This document shows positions 39,101-51,329 of a stretch of 64,000 nt of DNA, one piece after another. The notes beneath the pieces were generated by a model that was given only the letters and a program-made list of their open reading frames with translations, searched no databases and was not told the DNA's origin. The stretch comes from Macrostomum lignano (Eukaryota). Position numbers and translations under genes: made by a program. Positions within the stretch are counted from its first letter, which is position 1. The number at the start of each line of letters is the position of its first letter. The stretch covers positions 47,953 through 111,952 of the forward strand of contig NIVC01001864.1 of NCBI GenBank assembly GCA_002269645.1, given 5' to 3'.

Positions 39101-42100
39101 CCACTCCCGGCCCTTGGAGTACCCTCCCCCACTCCCGGCCCTTGAAGTACCCTCCCCACTCCCGGCCCTTGGAGTACCCTCCCCCACTCCCGGCCCTTGG
39201 AGTACCCTCCCCCACTCCCGGCCCTTGGAGTACCCTCCCCCACTCCCGGCCCTTGGAGTACCCTCCCCCACTCCCGGCCCTTGGAGTACCCTCCCCCACT
39301 CCCGGCCCTTGGAGTACCCTCCCCCCACTCCCGGCCCTTGGAGTACCCTCCCCCACTCCCGGCCCTTGAAGTACCCTCCCCCACTCCCGGCCCTTGGAGT
39401 ACCCTCCCCCACTCCCGGCCCTTGGAGTACCCTCCCCACTCCCGGCCCTTGGAGTACCCTCCCCCACTCCCGGCCCTTGGAGTACCCTCCCCCACTCCCG
39501 GCCCTTGAAGTACCCTCCCCCACTCCCGGCCCTTGGAGTACCCTCCCCCACTCCCGGCCCTTGGAGTACCCTCCCCCACTCCCGGCCCTTGGAGTACCCT
39601 CCCCCACTCCCGGCCCTTGGAGTACCCTCCCCCCACTCCCGGCCCTTGGAGTACCCTCCCCCACTCCCGGCCCTTGAAGTACCCTCCCCACTCCCGGCCC
39701 TTGGAGTACCCTCCCCCACTCCCGGCCCTTGGAGTACCCTCCCCACTCCCGGCCCTTGGAGTACCCTCCCCACTCCCGGCCCTTGGAGTACCCTCCCCAC
39801 TCCGGCCCTTGGAGTACCCTCCCCCACTCCCGGCCCTTGGAGTACCCTCCCCCACTCCCGGCCCTTGGAGTACCCTCCCCCTCCCGGCCCTTGGAGTACC
39901 CTCCCCCACTCCCGGCCCTTGGAGTACCCTCCCCCACTCCCGGCCCTTGGAGTACCCTCCCCCACTCCCGGCCCTTGGAGTACCCTCCCCCACTCCCGGC
40001 CCTTGAAGTACCCTCCCCCCACTCCCGGCCCTTGGAGTACCCTCCCCCCACTCCCGGCCCTTGGAGTACCCTCCCCCACTCCCGGCCCTTGGAGTACCCT
40101 CCCCCACTCCCGGCCCTTGGAGTACCCTCCCCCACTCCCGGCCCTTGGAGTACCCTCCCCCACTCCGGCCCTTGGAGTACCCTCCCCACTCCCGGCCCTT
40201 GGAGTACCCTCCCCCACTCCCGGCCCTTGGAGTACCCTCCCCCACTCCCGGCCCTTGAAGTACCCTCCCCCACTCCCGGCCCTTGGAGTACCCTCCCCCC
40301 ACTCCCGGCCCTTAGAGCCCGCTTCCGACCCTTGGGGTTTGAAGTTCCCCTTTTGCAGAATCTCTAGAAAAAAACTACAGACTCATCTATAGACCAGATC
40401 TCATAGACCTAGCTCATCCAGTCTCACCCATTGTGTCCCAGTTGTTCATCTGTCCTGGGCAGAGAAATCGAATCTCCCTCTTCGGGCCCTCGCAGTGCTG
40501 CGCAAATCCTTTGGATTCGCATCGTCTAATTCGAACTTGCATTGGCGATTCCATGCAGGCGAGCGCTTTGTCTGGCAGGATGCACTTGCTCCAGTCTTCC
40601 CAGCTGCTCCAGCTGGGCGGGTCGGGAGGGTATTCACATCTGGGACCGGAGTAGCCGTGCCGGCATTTGCCTTGAGCGAGTGTTGAGTTCTTACTGTCAA
40701 TTTTGGGCGCTTGGTACATCCGTATATTTTTCTACGGCATTTGGATTTCTAACCCAATCTCTCCACCTTCTCTGAATCTCTCCATCTCTCTGAATCTCAC
40801 CCCCTCTCTAAATCTCCCCTCTCTGAATCTCTCTCCCACTCTCTGAATCTCTCTCCCACTCTCTGAATCTCTCTCCCACTCTCTGAATCTCTCCCCTCTC
40901 TGGATCTCTCCCCTCTCTGAATCTCCCCTCTCTGAATCTCTCTCCCACTCTCTGAATCTCTCTCCCACTCTCTGAATCTCTCTCCCCCTCTCTGAATCTC
41001 TCCCCTCTCTGGATCTCTCCCCTCTCTGAATCTCTCCCCTCTCTGGATCTCTCCCCTCTCTGAATCTCTCCCCTCTCTGGATCTCTCCCCTCTCTGAATC
41101 TCTCCCCTCTCTGGATCTCTCCCTCTCTGAATCTCTCCCCTCTCTGGATCTCTCCCCTCTCTGGATCTCTCCCCTCTCTGAATCTCTCCCCTCTGTGAAT
41201 CTCTCCCCTCTCTGAATCTCTCCCATCTCTGAATCAATCTCTCCCCTCTCTGGATCTCTCCCCGCTCTGAATCTCTCCCCGCTCTGAATCTCCCCTCTCT
41301 GAATCTCTTTCCTCGCTCGTTGAATCTCTCCCCCTCTCCAAGTCTCAAAGCATTTCAACACAAGCCAGTGTGCTAAGAGAAAAATACACCGCAAATGAAT
41401 GAAAACGCAAAGCCGCTCACAGATGAAGCCGGGATTATGATTCTCGCATTCGCCGTCGTTTTTACACAACGGATTTAGTTCGGGATTTCGTTCGCTGCAC
41501 TCGTTGATGTCGCGGCAGCGCGGATCCTTCTCGGAGATGCGGACGTGCGTCTCCGGCGGGCAGATGCAGGTGAAGCCGTGCTCAACGTCAGGATCGCGCT
41601 GGCAGATGTGATCGCCGCATGTGCTGGTGGATGCCTGGTTCTGGCAGACGTCATTCTCCTGTACGGAAGAAGTCGGCTAATTGCAAGTCATAGTTCTCGC
41701 ATCCTGACAGCAAACCATAGACTTGCTAGACCAGTCGATGGTTCCAAGAGCCCAAGGCTTAGAAGAAGTCATTTTCTCCTCTCTGAACCTCACCCCTTCT
41801 CTCCCCCTCTCTGAACATCACCCCTTCTCTCCCTCTCTCTGAACATCACCCCTTCTCTCTCCCCCTCTCTGAACCTCACCCCTTCTCTCTCCTCCTCTCT
41901 GAACCTCACCCCTTCTCTCTCCCCCTCTCTGAACCTCACCCCTTCTCTCCCCCTCCTCTCTGAACCTCACCCCTTCTCTCTCCCCCTCTCTGAACCTCAC
42001 CCCTTCTCTCCCCCTCTCTGAACCTCACCCCTTCTCTCCCCTCTCTGAACATCACCCCTTCTCTCTCCCCCTCTCTGAACCTCTCCCTTTCTCTCTCCCC

Positions 42101-45100
42101 CTCTCTGAACCTCACCCCTTCTCTCCCCTTCTCTCCCCCTCTCTGAACCTCACCCCTTCTCTCCCCCTCTCTGAACATCACCCCTTCTCTCTCCCCCTCT
42201 CTGAACCTCTCCCTTTCTCTCTCCCCCTCTCTGAACCTCACCCCTTCTCTCCCCTTCTCTCCCCCTCTCTGAACCTCACCCCTTCTCTCCCCTTCTCTCC
42301 CCCTCTCTGAACCTCACCCCTTCTCTCCCCTTCTCTCTCCCTCTCTGAACCTCACCCCTTCTCTCTCCCCATCTCTGAACCTCACCCCTTCTCTCTGAAC
42401 TGCTAACTCTCTCTCTCCCTCTCTGAATCTCACCCCTTCTCTCTCTCTCTCCATCTCTGAACCTCACCCCTTCTCTCTCTCTCCCTCTCTGAATCTCACC
42501 CCTTCTCTCTCTCTCCATCTCTGAATCTCACCCCTTCTCTCTCTCTCCCTCTCTGAATCTCACCCCTTCTCTCTCTCTCCATCTCTGAACCTCACCCCCT
42601 CTGTCTCCACCTCTCTGAACTGCTAACTCTCTCTCCCCCTCTGTCTCTACCTCTCTGAACTGCTAACTCTCTCTCTCCCCCCTCTCTGAACCTCACCCCT
42701 TTCTCTCCCCCACTTTGAACTTTTCTCCTTCTCTTTCCCTCTCTCTGAATCTCTACCCCTCTCCGAAGAATGGAAAGTTAACAACTGTCAACAATTAATG
42801 CCTTCTGACTCTCTAACGCTCTAGCTGTCAATCAGTGAGTCTCTGTGATATGGTTGCGAGTTGTTTACTTCTAGAATTGAATTTCATCACGGATATATCA
42901 ATGGCATTCAAATAATGGCAATGGCTGGCGTTGGCATCCAACTCGCATCGTATTACGCTCGTAGATGCCGGATGCCATTTCGGGCATCGCTGTTCCAACG
43001 CTAAGATGCCAGAGGTGATACTCAAAAAGCCGCACAAAAAGACAAGCCTTCGCCATTGCCTCTCACCAGTTCGCACCGTTCGCCCCTCCACGCGGCCGAG
43101 CAGGTGCATAAAATCACGATCTCTTCGCTCGCCACTCCCAGCGCGTTTCGATTGGTCGATTTGCGCACGCTAGCCTGGCAGATGCCGCCGTTCAGGCAGA
43201 CATTCTGTTCGTGACAGTAGCCCAGCAGCCGCTTCTGACACGACTCCCGCTCGGGGTCCCAATGAAAGCCCAGTGCGCAGATGCAGTTGCGCTTTGCCAC
43301 CAGCTGCTTTTGCAGCTCCACAAGGCGTCTGGAAGAGAGTCATGGACGGGAAAATGCAAAAGAAGTCGTCAACGATCAAACACAAGCATCACTTTCATCC
43401 GAAAGACATGCGAAAGCTTTGCTTGCTCAGAATAACTTAGCATTGAGGATGTGAAAAATCTCAAATATTCAGTATCGACGGCTTAAACAACTGAAACTGT
43501 CAGGGACTGAGGATGTGAGGGACTGAGGATGAGAGGGACTGAGGATGAGAGGGACTGAGGATGTGAGGGACTGAGGATGAGAGGGACTGAGGATGAGAGG
43601 GACTGAGGATGAGAGGGATTGAGGATGAGAGGGACTGAGGATGAGAGGGACTGAGGATGTGAGGGATTGAGGATGAGAGGGACTGAGGATGAGAGGGACT
43701 GAGGATGAGAGGGATTGAGGATGAGAGGGACTGAGGATGAGAGGGATTGAGGATGAGAGGGATTGAGGATGCGAGGGACTGAGGATGTGAGGGACTGAGG
43801 ATGAGAGGGACTGAGGATGAGAGGGACTGAGGATGAGAGGGATTGGGGATGAGAGGGATTGAGGATGAGAGGGATTGAGGATGAGAGGGATTGAGGATGA
43901 GAGGGATTGAGGATGAGAGGGACTGAGGATGAGAGGGATAGAGGATGCGAGGGACTGAGGATGAGAGGGATAGAGGATGCGAGGGACTGAGGATGTGAGG
44001 GACTGAGGATGAGAGGGACTGAGGATGAGAGGGACTGAGGATGAGAGGGATTGAGGATGAGAGGGATTGAGGATGAGAGGGATTGAGGATGAGAGGGATT
44101 GAGGATGAGAGGGATTGAGGATGAGAGGGACTGAGGATGAGAGGGATTGAGGATGAGAGGGATTGAGGATGAGAGGGATTGAGGATGAGAGGGATTGAGG
44201 ATGAGAGGGACTGAGGATGTGAGGGATTGAGGATGTGAGGGACTGAGGATGTGAGGGACTGAGGATGTGAGGGATTGAGGATGAGAGGGACTGAGGATGA
44301 GAGGGATTGAGGATGAGAGGGATTGGGGATGAGAGAGATTGAGGATGAGAGGGACTGAGGATGAGAGGGATTGAGGATGAGAGGGATTGAGGATGAGAGG
44401 GATTGAGGATGAGAGGGATTGAGGATGAGAGGGACTGAGGATGTGAGGGATTGAGGATGTGAGGGACTGAGGATGTGAGGGACTGAGGATGTGAGGGATT
44501 GAGGATGAGAGGGACTGAGGATGTGAGGGACTGAGGATGAGAGGGACTGAGGATGTGAGGGACTGAGGGTGCGAGGGATTCTGAGACTCACAGGTGGAGC
44601 ACAGCCCGAAACCGGAAGCAATGGTTCCTCTTGTGCACCGCCTCATCGTCGCGAAGGCATCCAGAGGCAAGGAATTTGACTTGCAACATCGCATACTGGT
44701 CGTCAATTGTCACCGGCTTCTCGTCCGGATCGTTCGCGAGCAGCTCTTTGATGATGAAGAGCACCAGCTTGTGGCTGCGCAGATTCTCATCGAAGATCTC
44801 CATGGGGATTCGCTTTTCCATAGGCAGTGTGCTGTGCCATTCGCGAAAGTCATCGATTTCTCGCGCGAAGGCCTGATATGTGATCTTGTCAACTTCTGCT
44901 TTTCGAAATGGGTGGTACTGTAGTTCGACCTCCAGCTCCGTGAAGCAGTTCACGTCCACGCCCAGCTTGATGTTCGCCACGTTTGAGCAGTTTCTTGGAG
45001 AAATGGGGATTAGCGACTACGGCTACTGCTACAGTTACTATGGCTACTGTACCATGATTACTATGACTACTATGACTACTATGACTACTATGACTACTAT

Positions 45101-46224
45101 GAATACTATGACTACTATGACTACTATGAATACTATGACTACTATGAATACTATGACTACTGACTATTATGACTACTATGACTACTATGACGACTATGAC
45201 GACTATGACTACTATGAATACTATGACTACTATGACTACTATGATTATTATGATTACTATGACTACTATGAATACTATGACTATTATGACTACTATGACT
45301 ACTATGAATACTATGACTACCATGACTACTATGAATACTATGACTATTATGACTACTATGACTACTATGAATACTATGACTATTATGACTACTATGACTA
45401 CTATGAATACTATGACTACTGACTATTATGACTACTATGACTACTATGACGACTATGACTACTATGAATACTATGACTACTATGACTACTATGATTATTA
45501 TGATTACTATGACTACTTTGACTACTATCACTACTATCACTACACACTAACTACTGTGTCTTACGTGACAACGGCTTCGTCAGCCAGGCAGTTAGACGGG
45601 CAGCTTTCTTTCATTTGATTTACGGCACACAGTCCCAGTCTGTACACCAGATCGATAAGGTCAACGAGCTTTTTCTCTTCCTCCAGCACATTGGTGACAA
45701 TAGTATCGTACAAGTTCCGTTCCGAGTGAAACTTGTAGACGCCGCACAACAGAATGTTCCACGGCGTAATGTACATCACGGATTCCGGCTTCTCCCTGTC
45801 AAGGCTGACTTTGTCAACCAGCAGGATGGCACCCAGCAATGCCTGGAGGTAGATTTGGTAGCTGATGAAGCCACTACCTTGGTGACTGCATTTGTTTACA
45901 GCTACGGCTTACCTGAACGCCGCTATTGCGAAAAATCCACTTCGGCAACAAGTTGTCGGTGCGCAGATTCGCTTTCGAATCCGTGTAGTCAACCCAGTCC
46001 TCCTGTTCATCGAATTTGAACATGGCGCTCAGCTTGCCCGAACTAAGCTCGGACACCTCCCTTCTGTGGCCGTTCTCGCCTCTGGCCGTGTGCGGCGCCC
46101 ATCGGCACTGACGAAGATGGATGTAGATTGAATTTGAAGCTAAGAAATCTGACTGACCATTTACCGGAGCCGGCGTCACTGCTAGCAGTAATGAAACAGT
46201 CGAAACAGCCACGACAGTCAACAT
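36200..46224 (-). CDS. Uncharacterised 805-aa type I membrane protein (signal peptide, unassigned N-domain, EGF repeats, TSP1, TM, coiled-coil tail); exons 46224-45913, 45842-45565, 44993-44592, 43328-43067, 41658-41421, 40670-40428, 36882-36200
   Basis: Exons sum to 2,418 nt (806 codons) with GT-AG junctions and no internal stop. EGF motifs CHEQNVCLNGGIC...CTCSAAWRGERCE and DINEC...CKNDGECENHNPGFICKCRHGYSGPRCE; TSR motif WSSWEDWSKC...RIRRC; hydrophobic segment GLLSCTMGYCLLTPVLVGWCLW. Confidence 0.85.
36955..40315. repeat. Compound C-rich minisatellite (CCCACTCCCGGCCCTTGGAGTACCCTCC and CCCCTCCTGACCCTTGGAGCCCCCT units)
   Basis: About 3.3 kb filling the last intron of the EGF/TSP1 gene; related 26-29-bp subtypes occur in blocks. 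Confidence 0.95.
40755..41345. repeat. ~19-20-bp CT-rich repeat CTCTCTGAATCTCTCCC
   Basis: EGF/TSP1 gene intron 5. Confidence 0.9.
41775..42765. repeat. ~27-29-bp CT-rich repeat CTCTCTGAACCTCACCCCTTCTCTC
   Basis: EGF/TSP1 gene intron 4; related to the intron 5 unit. Confidence 0.9.
43500..44582. repeat. 16-bp minisatellite GAGGGACTGAGGATGA
   Basis: About 67 units in EGF/TSP1 gene intron 3. Confidence 0.95.
45015..45545. repeat. 9-bp microsatellite GACTACTAT/GAATACTAT
   Basis: Fills EGF/TSP1 gene intron 2. Confidence 0.92.
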
Positions 46225-47192
46225 GCTGTAAATTGTGGAGAGCTACATGTACTTTTCAATGATTTTCTATAAGTTAAACTAACCTAAGGACGAATTAAAC
46301 TTTAACAAAATGATTTTTAATAGATTCGAAAGTTCGAATGCAATTAAACTATGAGATGCAGAAGTGGATTATGTAACGCGTATTAGACTAACCTCCTAAC
46401 CACAGACAAATTTTGGGGGATTTTCGTGCCTTTCCGTTCCTTTTTTATTCACCACAACGAGAATTCGCATGTCGTAGCCCAATGAGCTACATGTAAGACT
46501 GAGAGCCAATAGAGCCATGCAGTCATCCATGGAGCTATTAAAGCTGGAGCCAAAAAATCCCAAAGCCTCGGTCTTCTACTTTTCGACCATAGATAACTGC
46601 AACAGAAATCTCCACTATTTCAATTCTGAAACTGACAGCCTGTAACTAAAAATAGATTACATGCCAGCTGGTTTTTACATAATATAAATTTAGATTGATA
46701 CTATAAAATACATGTACGAGAAAAAATGTATATTTGAACGTATAGAAGCACAAGTTATCGATTCAAAATGAAAGTAACTAGCTTTTTATAAACGTGCAAC
46801 GGATAATTTAGTCTAATGTTATTTGCAGGCGCTTTTTATGGTCAAAACGTACGTAAAAGCCCGAAGTGATTTCTTTGTGGTATCCTTAAATCATTGTGTG
46901 TATTTTCCTTATTTGTTAATGCTAATGCTAGTCCTATGCTTAGCATCCCAGCTTTCGGGCAAAGAAAATTTGAGGACAAAAAGCCGATAAGAATGCATAT
47001 TTATATTTGAAATTTAAAGATGTTCAATGATTTCAATGCAAGAACGTCTTAAGTAGAAGGACGTTACACTCAGCTTTCGTGAAAATTTTTACATGACCTA
47101 TTTTGACCGTAGAAATCCTTGTTTCTGTATGTATATATAAAACATGTAGATAGTGCATGGGATAACTGTGATTTATTGATAGCACCACATCC

Positions 47193-48018
47193 CATAGGCG
47201 TAGGAACAGGGGGAAAAGTGTGGGGGGGACAGTAATGGTAATCTGGCCCCTCCACATTTTAAATGCAAAATGTAGACTTTTTATTTCTTTTTTACTCTTA
47301 TTTTTGGTTTTTGCTGCTTTGCATGAATGCATTTTGCTGCAGAGCGACGAAACATAGCGCCTGCAGCGCTTAATGAGTACCTGCGCTGCCAAAATGCAAT
47401 GAGTGCCTGCGGCGCTAAAATGAGTGCCTGCGCTGCCAAAATGAGTGCCTGCGCTGCCAAAATGAGTGCCTGCGGCGCTAAAATGAGTGCCTGCGCTGCC
47501 AAAATGAATGCCTGCGGCGCTAAAATGAGTGCCTGCGCTGCCAAAATGAGTGCCTGCGGCGCTAAAATGAGTGCCTGCGCTGCCAAAATGAGTGCCTGCG
47601 GCGCTAAAATGATCGAGTGCCTGCGCTGCCAAAATGAGTGCCTGCGCTGCCAAAATGAGTGCCTGCGGCGCTAAAATGAGTGCCTGCGCTGCCAAAATGA
47701 ATGCCTGCGGCGCTAAAATGAGTGCCTGCGCTGCCAAAATGAGTGCCTGCGCTGCCAAAATGAGTGCCTGCGGCGCTAAAATGAATGCCTGCAGCGCTAA
47801 AATGAGTGCCTGCGGCGCTAAAATGATTGCCTGCAGCGCCAGAATGAGTGCTGACAACACCGATTCTGAAAACAATCGGTACATGATAAATGTGCATTTC
47901 CCATATAAAAAAATATAAAATCTAACTCGACGGGCCCGGGCGTGCGCCCCACATCCCCCTAAATCCGCAACTGAACCTGCAAACCACCTTTTGAAACGTT
48001 CCTACGCCTATGCCTATG
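47193..48018. mobile_element. hAT-like MITE carrying an internal 21-bp minisatellite
   Basis: 15-bp TIR CATAGGCGTAGGAAC (47193-47207) / GTTCCTACGCCTATG (47998-48012, followed by a CCTATG duplication). Flanks CCACATCC (47185-47192) and CCATATCC (48019-48026) give a 7/8 TSD match. Confidence 0.65.
47385..47850. repeat. 21-bp minisatellite GAGTGCCTGCGGCGCTAAAAT
   Basis: About 21 units inside the 47193-48018 MITE. Confidence 0.92.
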
Positions 48019-49560
48019 CCATATCCTATTTTCAATTTAATTTTGCACGTACATGTTCAAGTACTAAATTTTACAGCATTGCAAGCACTCGACGCGCACG
48101 GCCACTACACAGTACAATTCATGAATTTTAACTCGAATTTTAAAACTGAATTAGTTTAATATCTAATTAAAACAAAAGAACTAAAATCATAGGATATTTC
48201 ATAATTTATACATCCTTTTCATTTTTTAGAAGCAAAAAAATACACAAAGAAAATAAAATTCACACACTATGACTTTTTTTATAGTGTAAACAACTTGTCA
48301 AATTTGAAAGCATTTATCAACTAGGTTTTTTAACGTAAGGACTAAGCTGTTTTGTGCAATATCGCCAACTACATACATAAATTTCACGCAATACTTTTTT
48401 TAACTCCTTGCTTTTTCTTTCGCTTCGTTAGTCGTCCAAGTTTCGTTAATAACATTTCCGCATTCTTTCAAATACCATATTGCAAAACTCGTACTAATCG
48501 TAATTAAATAACTAGTGCTAAAATATTGTCTCCTATTCCTGAAGTAATCTTAAATACACAGCACAGAAATATATTGGCCAAACAGGCTTCTTGCCTGAGC
48601 CAACTTACTACTACGAAAACTTTTTTAGCTCGTACGTGGTATCAAAATCATCAAATGCTCTCCAGTCACCACAGGCCACACAGCACACTTAAAAAGTAGA
48701 TATAATATTGTTAACTGCCGCCTACTTACGTGGAATTAACATTAATACCAGGCTACTTCTAAACATTAATCTTAATTAGTATTTAGGCAGTAATTAATAA
48801 CTAATTTAATTTTCCCACTGTATCATTCCATTTATTTGCTGTCATGTCCATGTCATGTTCATATGCAGATAGGCCTATTCAAAAGGATCGCCTGTAAATT
48901 AAAAGATAGGATTTGATAGACAGGTGATCGTACAGACGGTCTATTAATTTCTGAATATTTTTAGAAAACCCAGTGCATTTCGCTGATTAATGATTTATTT
49001 GTGTATAAAACATCATGTGATATTTTTACACATAGCATAGCTGCATAGGCGGCTACGCAAGGCCAACATTTACATTTTATTAATATCCTGTAAAATCTCG
49101 TTAAAATAAAATTTGCTGCTAACAAATTTTCTGTGTACAATATCAAACATTGCATTTGCCTTAGGTCTATGTATCAAGATATTATATATCTAGGCCTATG
49201 ATTTGATTTTATACACAATATATAACTTCTTTTTTATATCACAAATGTTTTGCCATACAATATAAAATGACAGTATGAAGTCTAATGATTTACATTCCAA
49301 AAAATTATTGGTCTTGCTCTGCAATTTTCATTCATTTGAGATAAGGTCAAGTTGTCTTTATTCTTTAGTAGAGCTAAAAGACTAGAACTTAATATGTTAG
49401 AATGGTTTTTTAAGAATTAAGATGATTTTTGGTTGTGATAATCCAAAATATATTTTGTAAATTACAAATATTTTTTTGCAATTTTTAGACTCATTGATAG
49501 GCCTAGGTTTAGGATTATAGCTTTTTATAGAGACTGTTAAGATAGTAGGTAGGTTCTAAG

Positions 49561-50479
49561 CCCTATTGGAATAAGTTTTCAGACACTGTGGACAGTGCAT
49601 CTAGTGCGCCATGGCAATCATAAAGTGGCCTGGACGGTGCGTCATGACAATCTTCAAATCCTAAGGTGGTATGGACGCCATAGTCAGGAAGGTGGCAGAG
49701 TGTGCGCCGGAACAAATTTTGGCCTCTCCCAAAATTGTGCGCCGTGCGCCGACACAAAAACCCTCGTGTGCGCCGTTGTGCGCCCGCCACTACCTGCCTT
49801 GCGACAATAAAAGACCTTTTTTTACAACATAGCAACAATTTTTGTGCGCCAATATACGGGACGGTTACGGGCTATCTATATTATATTATGAGAAATTGAG
49901 ATCGTTAAACCGAAAATAGAAATTTAAAAAATTTTTAATTAAATTTCTAATTTTTAAAACAAAACAAACATAAAAAGTAAGCAAATGGCAAAAACAAAGG
50001 TAAAAAGGAAAAGGAAAATATTTTATTTTATTTTTTATTTTTTGGTAGAATGCAGTGTTACATTAGATAGAACAGTGAATAGTGTACTGTAACAAGTAAC
50101 GACTTACATCGTTACATGGGATCGCCACAAGGGTAACGCTGCATGTGGCGCGGCGCCCGCCGCGCCGCGCCGCCATGCGCCGGTGTCCTCTGGTATGCGC
50201 CGTTGTGCGCCACTGTGCGCCAGTGCGCGTTTACAAGTTTACAAGTTTTACTTACAGTTTGCTGAATTTCCACCGTGCTGCTGACTTTCTCCTGTGCATG
50301 CTTCTCATCCTTGTTCAGCAGCGCTGTATGTAGCGCGTGATGTCCTCCTTGCATCTTACCTGTGAGCTGCTGTGCGTCATGGCGCATGGCACGCGTAGCG
50401 CGCCATGCGCCATGACTATGAGGAAAAAGAAAAAGTGCGCCGGACGCCGTCCGCGAAAATACCACTTATTCCAATAGGG
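49561..50479. mobile_element. Unclassified TIR element (919 bp) with 8-bp TSD
   Basis: Perfect 16-bp TIR CCCTATTGGAATAAGT; TSD GTTCTAAG at 49553-49560 and 50480-50487; many internal GCGCC/GGCGC motifs; GC-rich island in AT-rich DNA. Confidence 0.8.
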
Positions 50480-51329
50480 GTTCTAAGTCCCAACAAATAT
50501 ACATCTAGGCCTTGTTGGCATACAAAAAATGACCAAGTTTAAGTTTTATAATCTACCTATTGAATCTACTAATAATCTTATGTCTATAGTAGCTATAGAA
50601 TGATATGAATTCTCTTGGCCTAATATAAAAAATAAACCCCAAAATGCAAAAGCAAGGAAACCTTCAATTCCTTTAAATTGAACCATTTGTATTATTTTTG
50701 CATTTGTAATTTATTATGAAAGATACAAATTGATTACCTTTATCAAAAGGAGATAGATTTAAGTAAATAAATTGAATGGATAATATTTTAGTTTATAAGA
50801 ATTTCAAGTCCAATAAGTATACATGAAGGCTAAAAGGTTAAAAGTGTCTGAGTTTTCTGGCCAATAATAGACTTTTTATAGACATTTGACTTTACAAACT
50901 TTACTATTAAACAGAATAAGATGAGTAATTCTTGTCATGTTTGTCTAATCCTCAAGTTTATTAATATCATGGCTTCATTATTCACTATTTATTTAACAAG
51001 TAGGATTTATAGAATTAGATATATTTAAAAAGTTTTAGATATATTTTCAATTAGATTTCAAAATGCTAATAATTTGTTTGAATATGCCTTATGCTTCAAA
51101 TATTTAATAAAACTAAAAATCTAATTAATATACAAAAATAGTAAAAATTAATTTCCCAATTTCAGAAATTCAGATATTCCAAATAGATTGCAATATACCT
51201 TTGTCTGGTTTTGTTCATATATTTGAAGCCCTGATTGTGTCTAGATTGCTTCTACTACTGAGCTAACTGGCCAGGCCTACTAGACAGTTTATTAAACAAA
51301 ACGCCAGCCGCACTGGGGCTGCTGTGCCA

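Noticed and set aside
37814-40392. Several 300-800-aa Gly/Pro-rich ORFs
   Set aside because: Products of C-rich minisatellites that lack stop codons; they lie in the last intron of the EGF/TSP1 gene.
43483-44706. SHPQSL-repeat ORFs
   Set aside because: 16-bp array inside a well-defined GT-AG intron.
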